This document shows positions 34,161-44,126 of a DNA stretch of 64,000 nucleotides, in pieces. Origin of the DNA: a virus (Duplodnaviria > Caudoviricetes); the IMG/VR virus record IMGVR_UViG_3300050645_000186, positions 13,147 to 77,146 of that record; one strand, written 5' to 3'. A model generated the notes under the pieces. The model saw nothing but the letters and a program-made list of their open reading frames with translations, ran no database searches and had not been told where the DNA came from. Both the position numbers and the translations under genes were made by a program. Numbering within the stretch: the first letter of the stretch is position 1; each line of letters starts with the position of its first letter.

Positions 34161-35592
34161 GAACATGGAACTGATGATGCCGATTAAGGCCACTCCGTAT
34201 GAGCACCAAAAGAAAGCCTTTGCTTTTGCCTGCAACCAGTTCGGCGTGTTTGACGATCATCTCAAAAGCCGCGGCACGGCTCTGCTGATGGAAATGGGTA
34301 CCGGCAAGACCATCGTAAGCATTGCCGCGGCTGGTTGTATGTACCAGTACGGCAAGGTCAACCGGGTGCTTGTTGTCGCGCCGCTTTCCATCCTCGGGGT
34401 TTGGGAGGAGGAATTTGAGAAATTTGCTGACTTCCCATATTCCATGACCATCCTCAAGGGTACGTCGGCGAAGAAAAAAGAGCAGCTGACAAAGCTTCCG
34501 GACAAAGGCTTGCAGGTCGTGGTCGTGAATTACGAAAGCGCGTGGCGGCTTGAAAAGGAACTGCTGGCATATAACGCCGACCTGGTGATTGCGGACGAGG
34601 CGCACAAATTGAAGGAGAACCGCACTTCCCAGAGCAAGGGAATGCACCACATCGGCGATAAGGCAAGATACAAGCTGCTCCTTACGGGAACGGTTATCAC
34701 GAACCGCGAACTGGATGTGTTCTCGCAGTACCGTTTCCTCAATCCTCAGATTTTTGGCACATCGTTTTATTCTTTCCGCAACCAATATTTTGATATGGGC
34801 GGCTACGGCAACCATACCCCTGTCTTCCGTAAATGGATGACGGATGAATTCCTGCGGAAGCTCCACTCAGTCGCGTTCCGCGTGACGAAATCGGAGTGCC
34901 TTGATCTTCCGGCAATCACCGAGGAAGTCCGTACTGTTGCTCTGGAGAGGGACGCCGCCAAATTATATGACAGCATTGAGAATGAAAGCTATGCGGAACT
35001 GGACGAGTCGGAGGTTACCACAGCGAACATCCTCACCAGGCTCCTGCGCCTGTCTCAAATCACGGGCGGGCATTTGACCGACGACGACGGTGTGGTCAAT
35101 ACCGTGAGCAGGGCAAAACTTGATGCGCTTTCCGACATCATTGATTCCTGTCTGGCTGAGGATAAAAAGCTTGTCATTATGGCTCGTTTCGTACCGGAAC
35201 TGGACGATATTCAGGAACTTCTCGAAAAGAAAAAGATCGGCTATGCCGTGGTTCGCGGCGGCGTGAAAGATCGTGACAGTGAAATTCATCGTTTTCAATA
35301 TGACAATAAGTGCCGTGTGTTCTTGGGGCAGATTGCGGCGGCCGGATTGGGCATCACGCTCACGGCAGCATCCACAATGGCCTTTTATTCCCTTGATTAT
35401 TCGATGGCGAATTTTGAACAGGCGAAGGCCCGCATCCATAGGGCCGGGCAGAAAGAAAACTGCCATTACATCTATCTCGTATGCCGGAATACAGTCGACC
35501 GCAAGGTGCTGTACGCGCTCCGTAAAAAAATGAACCTCGCCAAAATGCTGGTTGACGATTACCGCAGGGGCAGAAATCCCTTTAAAAACTGA
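34153..35592 (+). CDS. SNF2-family helicase
   Basis: MEMGTGKT; ADEAH; LTGT; GLGITLT; QAKARIHRAGQ. Confidence 0.92.
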   Translation: MPENMELMMPIKATPYEHQKKAFAFACNQFGVFDDHLKSRGTALLMEMGTGKTIVSIAAAGCMYQYGKVNRVLVVAPLSILGVWEEEFEKFADFPYSMTILKGTSAKKKEQLTKLPDKGLQVVVVNYESAWRLEKELLAYNADLVIADEAHKLKENRTSQSKGMHHIGDKARYKLLLTGTVITNRELDVFSQYRFLNPQIFGTSFYSFRNQYFDMGGYGNHTPVFRKWMTDEFLRKLHSVAFRVTKSECLDLPAITEEVRTVALERDAAKLYDSIENESYAELDESEVTTANILTRLLRLSQITGGHLTDDDGVVNTVSRAKLDALSDIIDSCLAEDKKLVIMARFVPELDDIQELLEKKKIGYAVVRGGVKDRDSEIHRFQYDNKCRVFLGQIAAAGLGITLTAASTMAFYSLDYSMANFEQAKARIHRAGQKENCHYIYLVCRNTVDRKVLYALRKKMNLAKMLVDDYRRGRNPFKN

Positions 35593-35604
35593 CCTTTCAC
35601 TTAT

Positions 35605-35632
35605 GGGGGTTGAATTTCCCGGTAGGAAGTGA
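35605..35632 (+). promoter_or_regulatory. GGGGGTTGAATTTC...AGTGA motif, copy 2
   Basis: Matches 33837-33865; runs into the AGGAGG RBS of 35649. Confidence 0.5.
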
Positions 35633-35648
35633 AAGGAGGTAGTCACCG

Positions 35649-36059
35649 ATGGAGAACACAAAAATCTTTGAAATGGCTGACAGACTCAAGTCTCTGCAGG
35701 AACAGAAAAAAGGCCTCGAAGCGCAGACCAAGGCTCTGGGCGCGGAGATCGCCGAACTGGACGAGCAGCTTTCCGATGCCATGACAGAAGCCGAACTTGA
35801 CCGTTTCTCCCGTAACGGCAGCACGTTCTATTTGAAAAGCAGATTGTTCGCGTCTCCGGTATCCGGCCGCAGGGATGAGATGCTGCAGGCTCTGAAAGAG
35901 AATGGCTACGGCAGTCTGGTCGTGGAAACGGTCAACGCAAACACACTCGCATCCTTCATCAAGGAACAGCGGGAAGCCACGGGCGAAGAAGTTCCGGCAT
36001 GGCTCGGCGATACCGTCAGCACTTACGAAAAAGTGTCGGTCGGAATCCGCAAAGCGTAA
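35649..36059 (+). CDS. Phage coiled-coil hypothetical protein
   Basis: RBS; helical N-terminus; TVNANTL.SF. Confidence 0.7.
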   Translation: MENTKIFEMADRLKSLQEQKKGLEAQTKALGAEIAELDEQLSDAMTEAELDRFSRNGSTFYLKSRLFASPVSGRRDEMLQALKENGYGSLVVETVNANTLASFIKEQREATGEEVPAWLGDTVSTYEKVSVGIRKA

Positions 36060-36126
36060 CAGCGCCGATTCAATGCGTCCACGCGTGAATCGCAACTTAT
36101 TTCATTTGATCAGGAGGACATAGATT

Positions 36127-36876
36127 ATGTCAGACAAGAAGAACACGGAAATCGCAGTGAACAAGGGTTTCGCTGCTCTTGCAAACAGAGATGTACTGAA
36201 CGAAGCGATGGCGGATGATTGCCAGGGGCTGGAGTTTTCTTTTGACCGCGTGAAGCTGCCCGCCGGCGGCGGAACGGCGTTTGAGATACCCTCCGCTGAA
36301 GGGGATGAATCGGAAATGGTGAAGGACATCACCGGTGTTATCGTCTACAACCATCCCGCCTTTGCCTACTACCATGACAAGTACACAGGCGGAAACAATC
36401 CGCCGGACTGCGGCTCCTTTGACGGTGTGACGGGCATCGGCACACCCGGCGGGGACTGCCAGAACTGCCCGTATAACAAGTTCGGCAGCGGCGAGGGTCA
36501 GAGCAAGCTGTGCAAAAACAAGCGTATGCTCTATATCCTGCGCGAGGGAGAACTGTTCCCCATCACGCTCTCCCTGCCGACCGGGTCGCTCAAATCCTTT
36601 ACGCATTATGTAAAGAGCCAGCTTTCCCGCGGACGCAAACTGAGCCAGGTCGTCACGAAAATCACGTTGAAGAAAGCAACCAACGCATCCGGCATTGCGT
36701 TTTCCCAGGCGGTCTTTGCCTTTGAACGTATGCTGAGTGCGGAGGAACGCTCTGCTGTCGCAGACGTATCGGATACGGTCAAGGCATACGCCGCAAACCT
36801 CTCTCCGGCATCCTTTATTGACGAGGAGCCGCAGGTCGATGCCGAAACGGGAGAAATTATCGAACCGTTAAAGTAA
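36127..36876 (+). CDS. Phage replication protein, putative ssDNA-binding/annealing
   Basis: GGGTAFEIP; PPDCGSFDG; CQNCPYNKFGS; acidic tail DAETGEIIEPL; lies upstream of polA. Confidence 0.6.
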   Translation: MSDKKNTEIAVNKGFAALANRDVLNEAMADDCQGLEFSFDRVKLPAGGGTAFEIPSAEGDESEMVKDITGVIVYNHPAFAYYHDKYTGGNNPPDCGSFDGVTGIGTPGGDCQNCPYNKFGSGEGQSKLCKNKRMLYILREGELFPITLSLPTGSLKSFTHYVKSQLSRGRKLSQVVTKITLKKATNASGIAFSQAVFAFERMLSAEERSAVADVSDTVKAYAANLSPASFIDEEPQVDAETGEIIEPLK

Positions 36877-36938
36877 GCAGCATAAATGCCCGGAGGGGTG
36901 AAAGGCTCTTCCGGGTATTTCCATAGGAGTGATTACGC

Positions 36939-38864
36939 ATGAATACAGATTACAAATGTGTGACCACGGTGGACGGGATACGGGATTACATCGGCGGCAG
37001 CCGCATTGTTGCTTTCGACTTTGAAACTGCGCCCGATGATCCGTACCGCGAGGAGGAGAAAGCGGCGCTCGACCCGGCAAAAGCGCATATCGCCGGCTGC
37101 TCCTTTTCCGTAAAAGCAGGCACGGGTATTTATGTTCCTATTGCCCACCGCGTTGGCACAAACATAGACAAGGACGCTTTTTTCACATTCCTGGCAGCGT
37201 TTCTTTTGAATAAAACCATTACAAAGATTGCCCACAACATCGCCTTTGAATCCGGGATGGCGTATGCGAGGGGCATCGCGATACAGGCTCCCGTGTACGA
37301 CACGATCTGCGCATCACAGATGAGCCTGAAAAGCCGATATGAGTTCCGCAAGTTGAGCGAAAGCGGTCTGAAACGGCTGGCGGAGGAATTGTTCGGGGAA
37401 CCTCTCCCGTCCTTTTCAAGCGTCACAGCCGGGAAGCACTTTGACGAACTGGACGCGCAGGATGAGGAAACCGTCCGCTACGGCTCTGCCGACTCGGATT
37501 TTGCCCTTCGTCTTTATAACAAATTCAACGAGTGGTTCGACCGCTATCTGCCAAAGCACCGATACATCGTGGAAGAAATCGAAAGCCCTACCGCTGTGTA
37601 TCTCGGCATTATGAAATGCAACGGCATCCCGGTCAACCTCCCTCTGATGCAAGAGCGCAAAACTGAAGCGGAAGCCGAAATGGAGCGCATCCGCGGGGAA
37701 ATCGAATTTATCATCGGAGATGTGAATATCGGGGCGAACTGCTCCACTCAGGCGTTCAAGAATTATCTGTATAAAGATTTGGGACTGCCCATTTTGAAAA
37801 CTACAGAGACAAACCGCGAGGCGGCGGACGATATGACCATGACGCTCCTTAAAGAATGGTGCGATGAGAACCGGCCGGAACTGTCGGGGCTGTTTACGCT
37901 GGTGCAGGAATACCGCAAGTGGGGCAAAATCAAATCCACCTATATTGACGGGTACTTGAAATACTTAAATCCAGTGACGGGCTGCATCCATCCGGAACTG
38001 TTCGCCCTGTCTACGGATACTGGCAGGATGAACTGCCGGAATCCCAACGCGCAGAATATGCCGCGAAAAACCAACGATCCCATTGGCGTCCGGAACTTCA
38101 TCAAAGCGCCGGAGGGCTGTCTTATTCTCTCGCTCGATTTCTCGCAGATAGAGCTTCGGGTCGGCGCGTTTTACTGCCGTGATGAGAGGATGCTCGACAC
38201 CTACCGCAAAAACGGCGATATCCATGCCGCTACGACCAGCGTCATTTTCGGTGTAAGTTATGAAGAAGCTCAGGACAAGCATTCGGAGAACTATAAGGAA
38301 CACAGGACGATTGCCAAAAACGTGAATTTCGGCACGTTCTACGGGCTGTTCCCCAGAGGACTGCAAAAGACGCTGAAATTCAAGGCAGGGGTTGAAAAAC
38401 AGCTAAGTGAATGTGAGGACATTCTCTTTAACCTCAAGCACGGATACAAAGGTTTGACGGCATGGCAGGAAGAAACGAAAGCGGATGCCGCAAGGCGACT
38501 GTATTCCGAAACCTGGCTCGGCAGGCGCAGGTACCTTCCCGGCATTGCGTCGGACAACTGGGGACAGAAGTCGTTTGCGGAGCGGTGCTCACTGAACACA
38601 CCTATCCAAGGAACGGCGGCGGATATTCTGAAACTCGCCATCACAAGGATACTTGCCGGGCTGCCGGAGCGGAAATGGCTGAGGCCCATCCTTCAGATAC
38701 ACGATGAGCTGACTTTCATTATCCCGGAGGACAGGCTGTCGGAAGCGGTGGCTTTTATTCGCACCTGTATGGAAGAAAAGCCTTTCCCGGAGTTTGACCT
38801 TCCGCTGGTCGCGGAGGCTTCCGCGGGACCGACCTTTGGAATGATGGAAGAACTGGAGGACTGA
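36939..38864 (+). CDS. polA: Family A DNA polymerase (3'-5' exonuclease + polymerase)
   Basis: FDFET ExoI; motif A LDFSQIELR; motif B AKNVNFGTFYG; motif C IHDEL. Confidence 0.93.
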   Translation: MNTDYKCVTTVDGIRDYIGGSRIVAFDFETAPDDPYREEEKAALDPAKAHIAGCSFSVKAGTGIYVPIAHRVGTNIDKDAFFTFLAAFLLNKTITKIAHNIAFESGMAYARGIAIQAPVYDTICASQMSLKSRYEFRKLSESGLKRLAEELFGEPLPSFSSVTAGKHFDELDAQDEETVRYGSADSDFALRLYNKFNEWFDRYLPKHRYIVEEIESPTAVYLGIMKCNGIPVNLPLMQERKTEAEAEMERIRGEIEFIIGDVNIGANCSTQAFKNYLYKDLGLPILKTTETNREAADDMTMTLLKEWCDENRPELSGLFTLVQEYRKWGKIKSTYIDGYLKYLNPVTGCIHPELFALSTDTGRMNCRNPNAQNMPRKTNDPIGVRNFIKAPEGCLILSLDFSQIELRVGAFYCRDERMLDTYRKNGDIHAATTSVIFGVSYEEAQDKHSENYKEHRTIAKNVNFGTFYGLFPRGLQKTLKFKAGVEKQLSECEDILFNLKHGYKGLTAWQEETKADAARRLYSETWLGRRRYLPGIASDNWGQKSFAERCSLNTPIQGTAADILKLAITRILAGLPERKWLRPILQIHDELTFIIPEDRLSEAVAFIRTCMEEKPFPEFDLPLVAEASAGPTFGMMEELED

Positions 38865-39286
38865 TGATGTACAAAAATAGCGAAGGCTATGCCGATCCGA
38901 CCGCGGGAGCGGCAATCAGCCGGATTATGAAGGAATATCAGGAGCAGCAAAAACAGCGTTATGCCGACAAGAACCGCCGGAAGATCTATGTGGCTTCCAG
39001 ATACGCCGGCGACGTGGACGCAAATGTCGCGGCGGCGATACGGTACTGCCGCCGTGTAATTGATGAGGGACATATGCCGATTGCGAGCCACCTTCTGTAT
39101 CCGCAAATACTGAACGACGACAATCCAAACGAACGCGAACTGGGGCTGCTGTTTGGCCTGGCGCTTCTCCGCCTGTGCGATGAGGTGTGGGTATTCGGCG
39201 CGGTTTCACCGGGTGTCGCTCGGGAGATTGAAGAGGCGGAGCGGCTGAAAAAAAGGCTGCGATATTTTAAGGAGGCGGACGTATGA
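38864..39286 (+). CDS. DUF4406-like (nucleoside deoxyribosyltransferase-like fold) protein
   Basis: IYVASRY...PIASH...CDEVWVFG..S.GV..EI. Confidence 0.65.
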   Translation: MMYKNSEGYADPTAGAAISRIMKEYQEQQKQRYADKNRRKIYVASRYAGDVDANVAAAIRYCRRVIDEGHMPIASHLLYPQILNDDNPNERELGLLFGLALLRLCDEVWVFGAVSPGVAREIEEAERLKKRLRYFKEADV

Positions 39287-41772
39287 ACGCGACGGCAACC
39301 GATGTTCTCGGCAGTTTGTTTAATCCCTCCGATACCGTCTGCTTCCGCGTCTTTGACGATAAGAAGGATGGCGTGTTTAAAGGGGCAAAGCTGTCGTGCG
39401 AATGCGGGAAATACAAGAGCATAGAAGTAACGCTCAAAAATCACAACGCTATGAACCGCGGTATCTTTTTCGTGGTCAACTACGGCGGGCATGACGATGA
39501 GTCGATTACGCGGATCAACGCGCAGTTTGTGGAGATGGACAAGGACAGCTTTGATGAGCAGCAGAAAAAGATTGACGCATTCCCTCTCCCTCCGTCCATG
39601 ATTATCAAAACGCAGAAATCCTTCCACGCATACTGGTTTATGGATTCCACCGCCAAGGTTGGGCGGTTCCGCATGATACAGACGCAGCTTGTGAAGCATT
39701 TTGACGGAGACCCCATGTGCGTCAACGAGTCAAGGGTGATGCGGCTGCCCGGATTTATGCACTGCAAAAAGGATACTCCCGTAGAGGTAACCTGCGTCAG
39801 TTTCCATCCCGAACGCAAATACACGCAGGATCAGATGTCGGACGTGCTGCCGGAGGTTGACCTTGTACCCGTGGAGAAAAAGAGCGGCACGGAGAAAGGC
39901 ATCGACCAAGTCATGCGTTCGTGTGTTTTCATGCAGCATTGCCGTGACGACGCGGCATCCCTGTCGGAACACGACTGGTATGCCATGATAACGAACCTCG
40001 CTCCTTTTGAGGGCGGCACGAAGATGATACACGACCTTTCGGCTCCCTATCCCGGGTACACAGAAAACAACACGCAGAAGAAAATCAATCATTTCCTGGA
40101 AAGCGGCACAAATCCCATCACCTGCAAGACCATTTGCGAGAAGGGCTATCAATGCCCGAAGTTCGCAGCCGGCGAATGCCCGGTGAAATCCCCTGCGGCA
40201 TGGTGCTATCAGCCGATGAGCGCGGACATTCTGCTGGACATCCTGCACGGGCTTCCCGTCACAGGTGAAGCGATTAAGGATTTGCAGACGGCAAAGCAAT
40301 TCATATCGGACTATTTGTATAACCAGGATGCAGTGACAGCGGACGTGCTTATCAATTCTGAAATCCGTGAGCATTTTAAGCTGAAAACGACGTTTCTAAA
40401 GTCATTGAACACTGTATTCAAGGATGTCAGCAAGGCGTACCAGGCAAGCAAAAGCGCAAAAAGGGCCAGAGCAGGTGCGGCGGTACCGGATTGGTATGAG
40501 CCAAACGAGAAGGGCCTGAGATTCCTGCCGGGCGTGCTTGCTAAAAACCTGGCGGAGGAACAACAGGTGTTCTATGCCGCGGAGCAGCATTTTCATTATC
40601 GCGGCGGAGTTTATCTGGAAATGTCCGAAATGGAGGCGCAGCGGCTCGTGCAGGAAAGAATGCTGGTGCGGGAAACGAAGATGTCACAGATTGTTGACGC
40701 GGAAAAACAGTGGCGGCTCCTGATTCAGCGAGATATTCGCGAACTGAATGCCAATCCGTACATCATCAACGTCCGCAACGGCTTATACAACGTCCTGGAA
40801 GATACGCTGACGGAACACACGCCGGATTATTACTCTACGGTACAGCTGAACGTGACTTACGATAAAAAGGCGGACTGCCCTCGGTTCAAAAAGTTTCTGG
40901 CGGAGTCAATGGGCGGCGACATGGAGCAGGTCGGCCTGATACAGGAGATGCTGGGCTATTTCCTGATACCCGTCAACTCGGCGCAAAAGTGCTTCGTTAT
41001 CGTGGGAGCCGCGTCAGCCGGCAAGTCCGTGCTGCTCCGTGTGCTGAACGATGTTCTGCTCGGCAAGCAGAACGTGTCCAATGTGTCATGGCAGGCGCTG
41101 AACGAGCGCTTTAAGACGGCGGAGCTTTTCGGCAAGCTGGCAAACATCTTTGCCGACCTGCCCACGAAGAACATCGATGATAACGGCATTTTCAAGGCGC
41201 TTGTGGGCGAGGATTATCTGACGGTGGAAAAAAAGAACAAGAACCCGTTCTCGTTCCAGTCGAGCGCAAGACTTCTCTTCTCCTGCAACAGCATCCCCAA
41301 AAATTACGGCGACCGCTCCGAGGGCTTCTACCGCAGGCTCATTATCATACGGTTCAATCACTCCGTTCCAAAGGAAAAGCGTGACCCGGAACTGCTGGAA
41401 AAATTCCGCATGGAGGCGGACGGCATTTTCCTGTTCGCATTGGAAGGACTGCGCAGGCTGATGAACCATCATTATCTGTTCTCCGAAACGCTGGTCAACG
41501 CAAACGAGCTTCAGCAGTACCGGGAGGAGTCTGATTCCGTGCTGTCCTTCTTAAAAGAATACTGCGAATTGGATGCCGCGTATTCAGTCGGCTCTACGGA
41601 ACTGTGGGGTGCATATAAGGGATACTGCGAGGAATGCGGCTTGAAGCCATACTCACAGAAGAACTTCGTACAGCAGATCACGGCGGCTTACCCCAATGTG
41701 ACGCGGGACATTGACCGCATGGCGAAAAGGCGCATTCTGGCGGGAATCCGGCTCGGAGAAGTGCTTGGATAA
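39283..41772 (+). CDS. Primase-helicase (RepB-like primase + D5/P4 SF3 helicase)
   Basis: SFHAYW; SRVMRLPGFMH; INVRNG; Walker A GAASAGKS; FSCN.IP; FYRRLIIIRF. Confidence 0.9.
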   Translation: MNATATDVLGSLFNPSDTVCFRVFDDKKDGVFKGAKLSCECGKYKSIEVTLKNHNAMNRGIFFVVNYGGHDDESITRINAQFVEMDKDSFDEQQKKIDAFPLPPSMIIKTQKSFHAYWFMDSTAKVGRFRMIQTQLVKHFDGDPMCVNESRVMRLPGFMHCKKDTPVEVTCVSFHPERKYTQDQMSDVLPEVDLVPVEKKSGTEKGIDQVMRSCVFMQHCRDDAASLSEHDWYAMITNLAPFEGGTKMIHDLSAPYPGYTENNTQKKINHFLESGTNPITCKTICEKGYQCPKFAAGECPVKSPAAWCYQPMSADILLDILHGLPVTGEAIKDLQTAKQFISDYLYNQDAVTADVLINSEIREHFKLKTTFLKSLNTVFKDVSKAYQASKSAKRARAGAAVPDWYEPNEKGLRFLPGVLAKNLAEEQQVFYAAEQHFHYRGGVYLEMSEMEAQRLVQERMLVRETKMSQIVDAEKQWRLLIQRDIRELNANPYIINVRNGLYNVLEDTLTEHTPDYYSTVQLNVTYDKKADCPRFKKFLAESMGGDMEQVGLIQEMLGYFLIPVNSAQKCFVIVGAASAGKSVLLRVLNDVLLGKQNVSNVSWQALNERFKTAELFGKLANIFADLPTKNIDDNGIFKALVGEDYLTVEKKNKNPFSFQSSARLLFSCNSIPKNYGDRSEGFYRRLIIIRFNHSVPKEKRDPELLEKFRMEADGIFLFALEGLRRLMNHHYLFSETLVNANELQQYREESDSVLSFLKEYCELDAAYSVGSTELWGAYKGYCEECGLKPYSQKNFVQQITAAYPNVTRDIDRMAKRRILAGIRLGEVLG

Positions 41773-41804
41773 GCACATTTCCAGGCATCACCACAAAGAA
41801 ATTC

Positions 41805-41933
41805 GGAACACGAGAACACGTTGGAACACCAAAATCCTATCTCTCTATATATAATACAAAAAAATATATACCCCATATTTTTCACGATAAAAAATACAGT
41901 AAAATGGGATTTCTCGTGTTCCATGTGTTCCAA
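41805..41933. repeat. Inverted GAACAC iteron arrays around an AT-rich spacer (candidate replication origin)
   Basis: GGAACACGAGAA 41805-41816 vs TTCTCGTGTTCC 41911-41922; TTGGAACAC 41821-41829 vs GTGTTCCAA 41925-41933. Confidence 0.55.
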
Positions 41934-41963
41934 GTGTTGAAAATACGGAGGTTTTTGGAACAG

Positions 41964-42248
41964 ATGAAAGAGGCGGACATCGTAAAAGCAATCATGAAGT
42001 ACCTTAAGACCGTGCCGGGGTGCTTCTGCTGGAAAGAGCACGGCGGTATGTACGGGACGGCGGGCATCCCCGATATCATTGCCTGCATTAACGGACGGTT
42101 TTTCGGCTTTGAGGTCAAGACCGACAGCGGCAGACCCACGAAGCTTCAGGAAGCGACCATCCGAAAAATCCTCGCGGCTGGCGGCTCTGCACTGGTGGTG
42201 CGCTCTGTGGACGAGGTGCGAACCGCGGTAAACGGTTCTCTGCGCTGA
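41964..42248 (+). CDS. VRR-NUC nuclease
   Basis: GIPDII...FEVK......TKLQ. Confidence 0.88.
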   Translation: MKEADIVKAIMKYLKTVPGCFCWKEHGGMYGTAGIPDIIACINGRFFGFEVKTDSGRPTKLQEATIRKILAAGGSALVVRSVDEVRTAVNGSLR

Positions 42249-42308
42249 TACGAAGATTCATCGCTCCGATGCAACGATGCCTATTTCCAATCTTAGGAGG
42301 TATCGCAT

Positions 42309-42536
42309 ATGAGCGGCATTACAAATTATGAAAACCTGGCGAACGCCATCATTCTCCAGGCGGTCAAGGATTACCGGGTAGCTTTGAAATGTCTCAAAGC
42401 AAATCCGAGAAACAAGTCCGCGCTGGCGGACAAGGGCGAAATAGAAAGATTTTTTCGTTCGAGTTGGTTTTCGGTACTTACGAGTGTAGACGGTGAGATG
42501 CTGATCCGCTCCCTAAACAGGGAGGCGGACGCATGA
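42309..42536 (+). CDS. Conserved small phage protein
   Basis: YENLANAIILQAVKDYR...ERFFRSSWF. Confidence 0.75.
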   Translation: MSGITNYENLANAIILQAVKDYRVALKCLKANPRNKSALADKGEIERFFRSSWFSVLTSVDGEMLIRSLNREADA

Positions 42537-42943
42537 CAGCCAAAGAATATCTGAACCAGGCGCGGCACCTGGACGCACTCATCAACTGCCGCCTGCGTGA
42601 GATTGACTACTGGAGGGAACTATCAAGCGGCGTCTCAGGCAGCAATTTTGAACCCCATTACAATCCAAACCGTCCGACAGAGGCGCCTTTCGTCAGATGT
42701 CTTGAAAAGATAGACGAAATACAGCGGAACGTGGAAGAGAAGGTCGCGCACCTCATCAAGCTGCGCGACGAGATCAATTCCCGCATCGATATGATTGAGA
42801 ACCGCGAGGAACAGGTGCTTCTCCGATACCGGTATATTGACGGCTTCTCCTGGGAGGAGATATCACAGATGCTGAATGTGTCGCTTCGCACGGTGCACCG
42901 CATACACGGAGCGGCTTTACAGAATTTTTCTGTCCCGGATTGA
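42533..42943 (+). CDS. Late transcriptional activator-like (DUF1492/ArpU-like)
   Basis: MTAKEYLNQA; LLRYRYIDGFSWEEI...SLRTVHRIHG.AL. Confidence 0.8.
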   Translation: MTAKEYLNQARHLDALINCRLREIDYWRELSSGVSGSNFEPHYNPNRPTEAPFVRCLEKIDEIQRNVEEKVAHLIKLRDEINSRIDMIENREEQVLLRYRYIDGFSWEEISQMLNVSLRTVHRIHGAALQNFSVPD

Positions 42944-43017
42944 AAGTTGGCACGGTTTGGCACAGTATGGCACACCCCTCCTGTGCTATCATTACAATAG
43001 CGAAGTAGAATGAAACG

Positions 43018-43050
43018 AGCCTCACGGGAGCAGTCCCGCGGGGCTTTTTG
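43018..43050 (+). terminator. Intrinsic terminator-like hairpin
   Basis: GAGCCTC-ACGGGA-gcag-TCCCGC-GGGGCTT then a T run. Confidence 0.5.
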
Positions 43051-43072
43051 TATATCCGAAGGAGGCGGCGCA

Positions 43073-43432
43073 ATGCCAAGGAAACCGAAACGCCCCTGCT
43101 CCTACCCCGGCTGCCCCAACCTCACGGACGGACAGTACTGTGAGGAGCATCGGCGGCTTGCCGCACAGCAGTACAACAAATACACACGCAGTCCCGACAG
43201 CAACAGGAAATACGGCAGAGCCTGGAAACGAATCCGCGACCGCTACGCCGCGGCGCATCCGCTGTGCGAGCGGTGCCTGAAGGAAGGCCGGCTGACGCCT
43301 GTGGAAGAGGTGCATCACATTCTGCCCGTCTCTCAAGGCGGTGACCACCGGGAAAGCAACCTGATGAGTCTCTGCCAGTCCTGCCACACCAAGATTCATC
43401 TTGAAATGGGTGACAGACAGATCCGCGGCTGA
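43073..43432 (+). CDS. HNH endonuclease (packaging-associated)
   Basis: CSYPGC; CERC...VHHI.P..GG.H..NLMSLCQSCH. Confidence 0.92.
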   Translation: MPRKPKRPCSYPGCPNLTDGQYCEEHRRLAAQQYNKYTRSPDSNRKYGRAWKRIRDRYAAAHPLCERCLKEGRLTPVEEVHHILPVSQGGDHRESNLMSLCQSCHTKIHLEMGDRQIRG

Positions 43433-43520
43433 CCGGCGGGGGTATCAAAATCTCTACACCTGCTTCAAGCGGACAGCGGCGCGGGGCTTTCTGTTAAAAA
43501 ACGCGGTTTCAAACGAGGGA
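43433..43520 (+). other. Candidate cos / packaging-initiation region
   Basis: Non-coding interval between HNH and terS, the usual cos location in HNH-terS-terL phages; exact cut site not identifiable. Confidence 0.35.
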
Positions 43521-43573
43521 ATAGGCACAAAAGAACGCTGCGGCGTTCTTAGCGCAAGAGCGAGGTGATTTTT

Positions 43574-44125
43574 TTGGCGAAGGACGGAACCAACAGAGGC
43601 GGCGCTCGTGTCGGCGCGGGCGCAAAAAAGAAGCCGTTAGCCGACAAAATCGCTGCCGGCAATCCCGGCGGCAGAACACTGACGGTCATGGAGTTTTCCT
43701 GCGCTGCAGATCTTCAGGGTCAGGCGATGCCGGAGCCGAACAAAATGCTCGAAGCAGTCCAAAAGGACGGCAAGACGCTGGTCGCCGGTGAGATTTACAA
43801 AAACACATGGACGTGGCTGAACGAACGCGGCTGCGCGGCGCTGGTCTCTCCGCAGCTTCTGGAGCGATACGCCATGAGCGTCGCCCGCTGGATTCAGTGT
43901 GAGGAAGCGGTCACTACCTACGGCTTTCTGGCAAAGCATCCTACTACGGGCAACGCGATTCAAAGCCCGTATGTGGCGATGGGTCAGAATTACATGAACC
44001 AGACTAACCGGCTGTGGTATGAGATTTTTCAAATCGTCAAGGAAAACTGCACCGGCGAGTACAGCGGCGCAAACCCGCAGGATGACGTAATGGAGCGCTT
44101 GCTCAATGCAAGGAGGGGCAAATGA
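43574..44125 (+). CDS. Terminase small subunit (P27-like)
   Basis: TTG start; MAKDGTNRGGAR; GFLAKHPTTGNAIQSPYV. Confidence 0.88.
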   Translation: MAKDGTNRGGARVGAGAKKKPLADKIAAGNPGGRTLTVMEFSCAADLQGQAMPEPNKMLEAVQKDGKTLVAGEIYKNTWTWLNERGCAALVSPQLLERYAMSVARWIQCEEAVTTYGFLAKHPTTGNAIQSPYVAMGQNYMNQTNRLWYEIFQIVKENCTGEYSGANPQDDVMERLLNARRGK

Positions 44126-44126
44126 C

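Noticed and set aside
36939-41772. Introns or inteins in polA, primase or terminase
   Set aside because: Reading frames are continuous, of normal length, without homing-endonuclease or intein motifs
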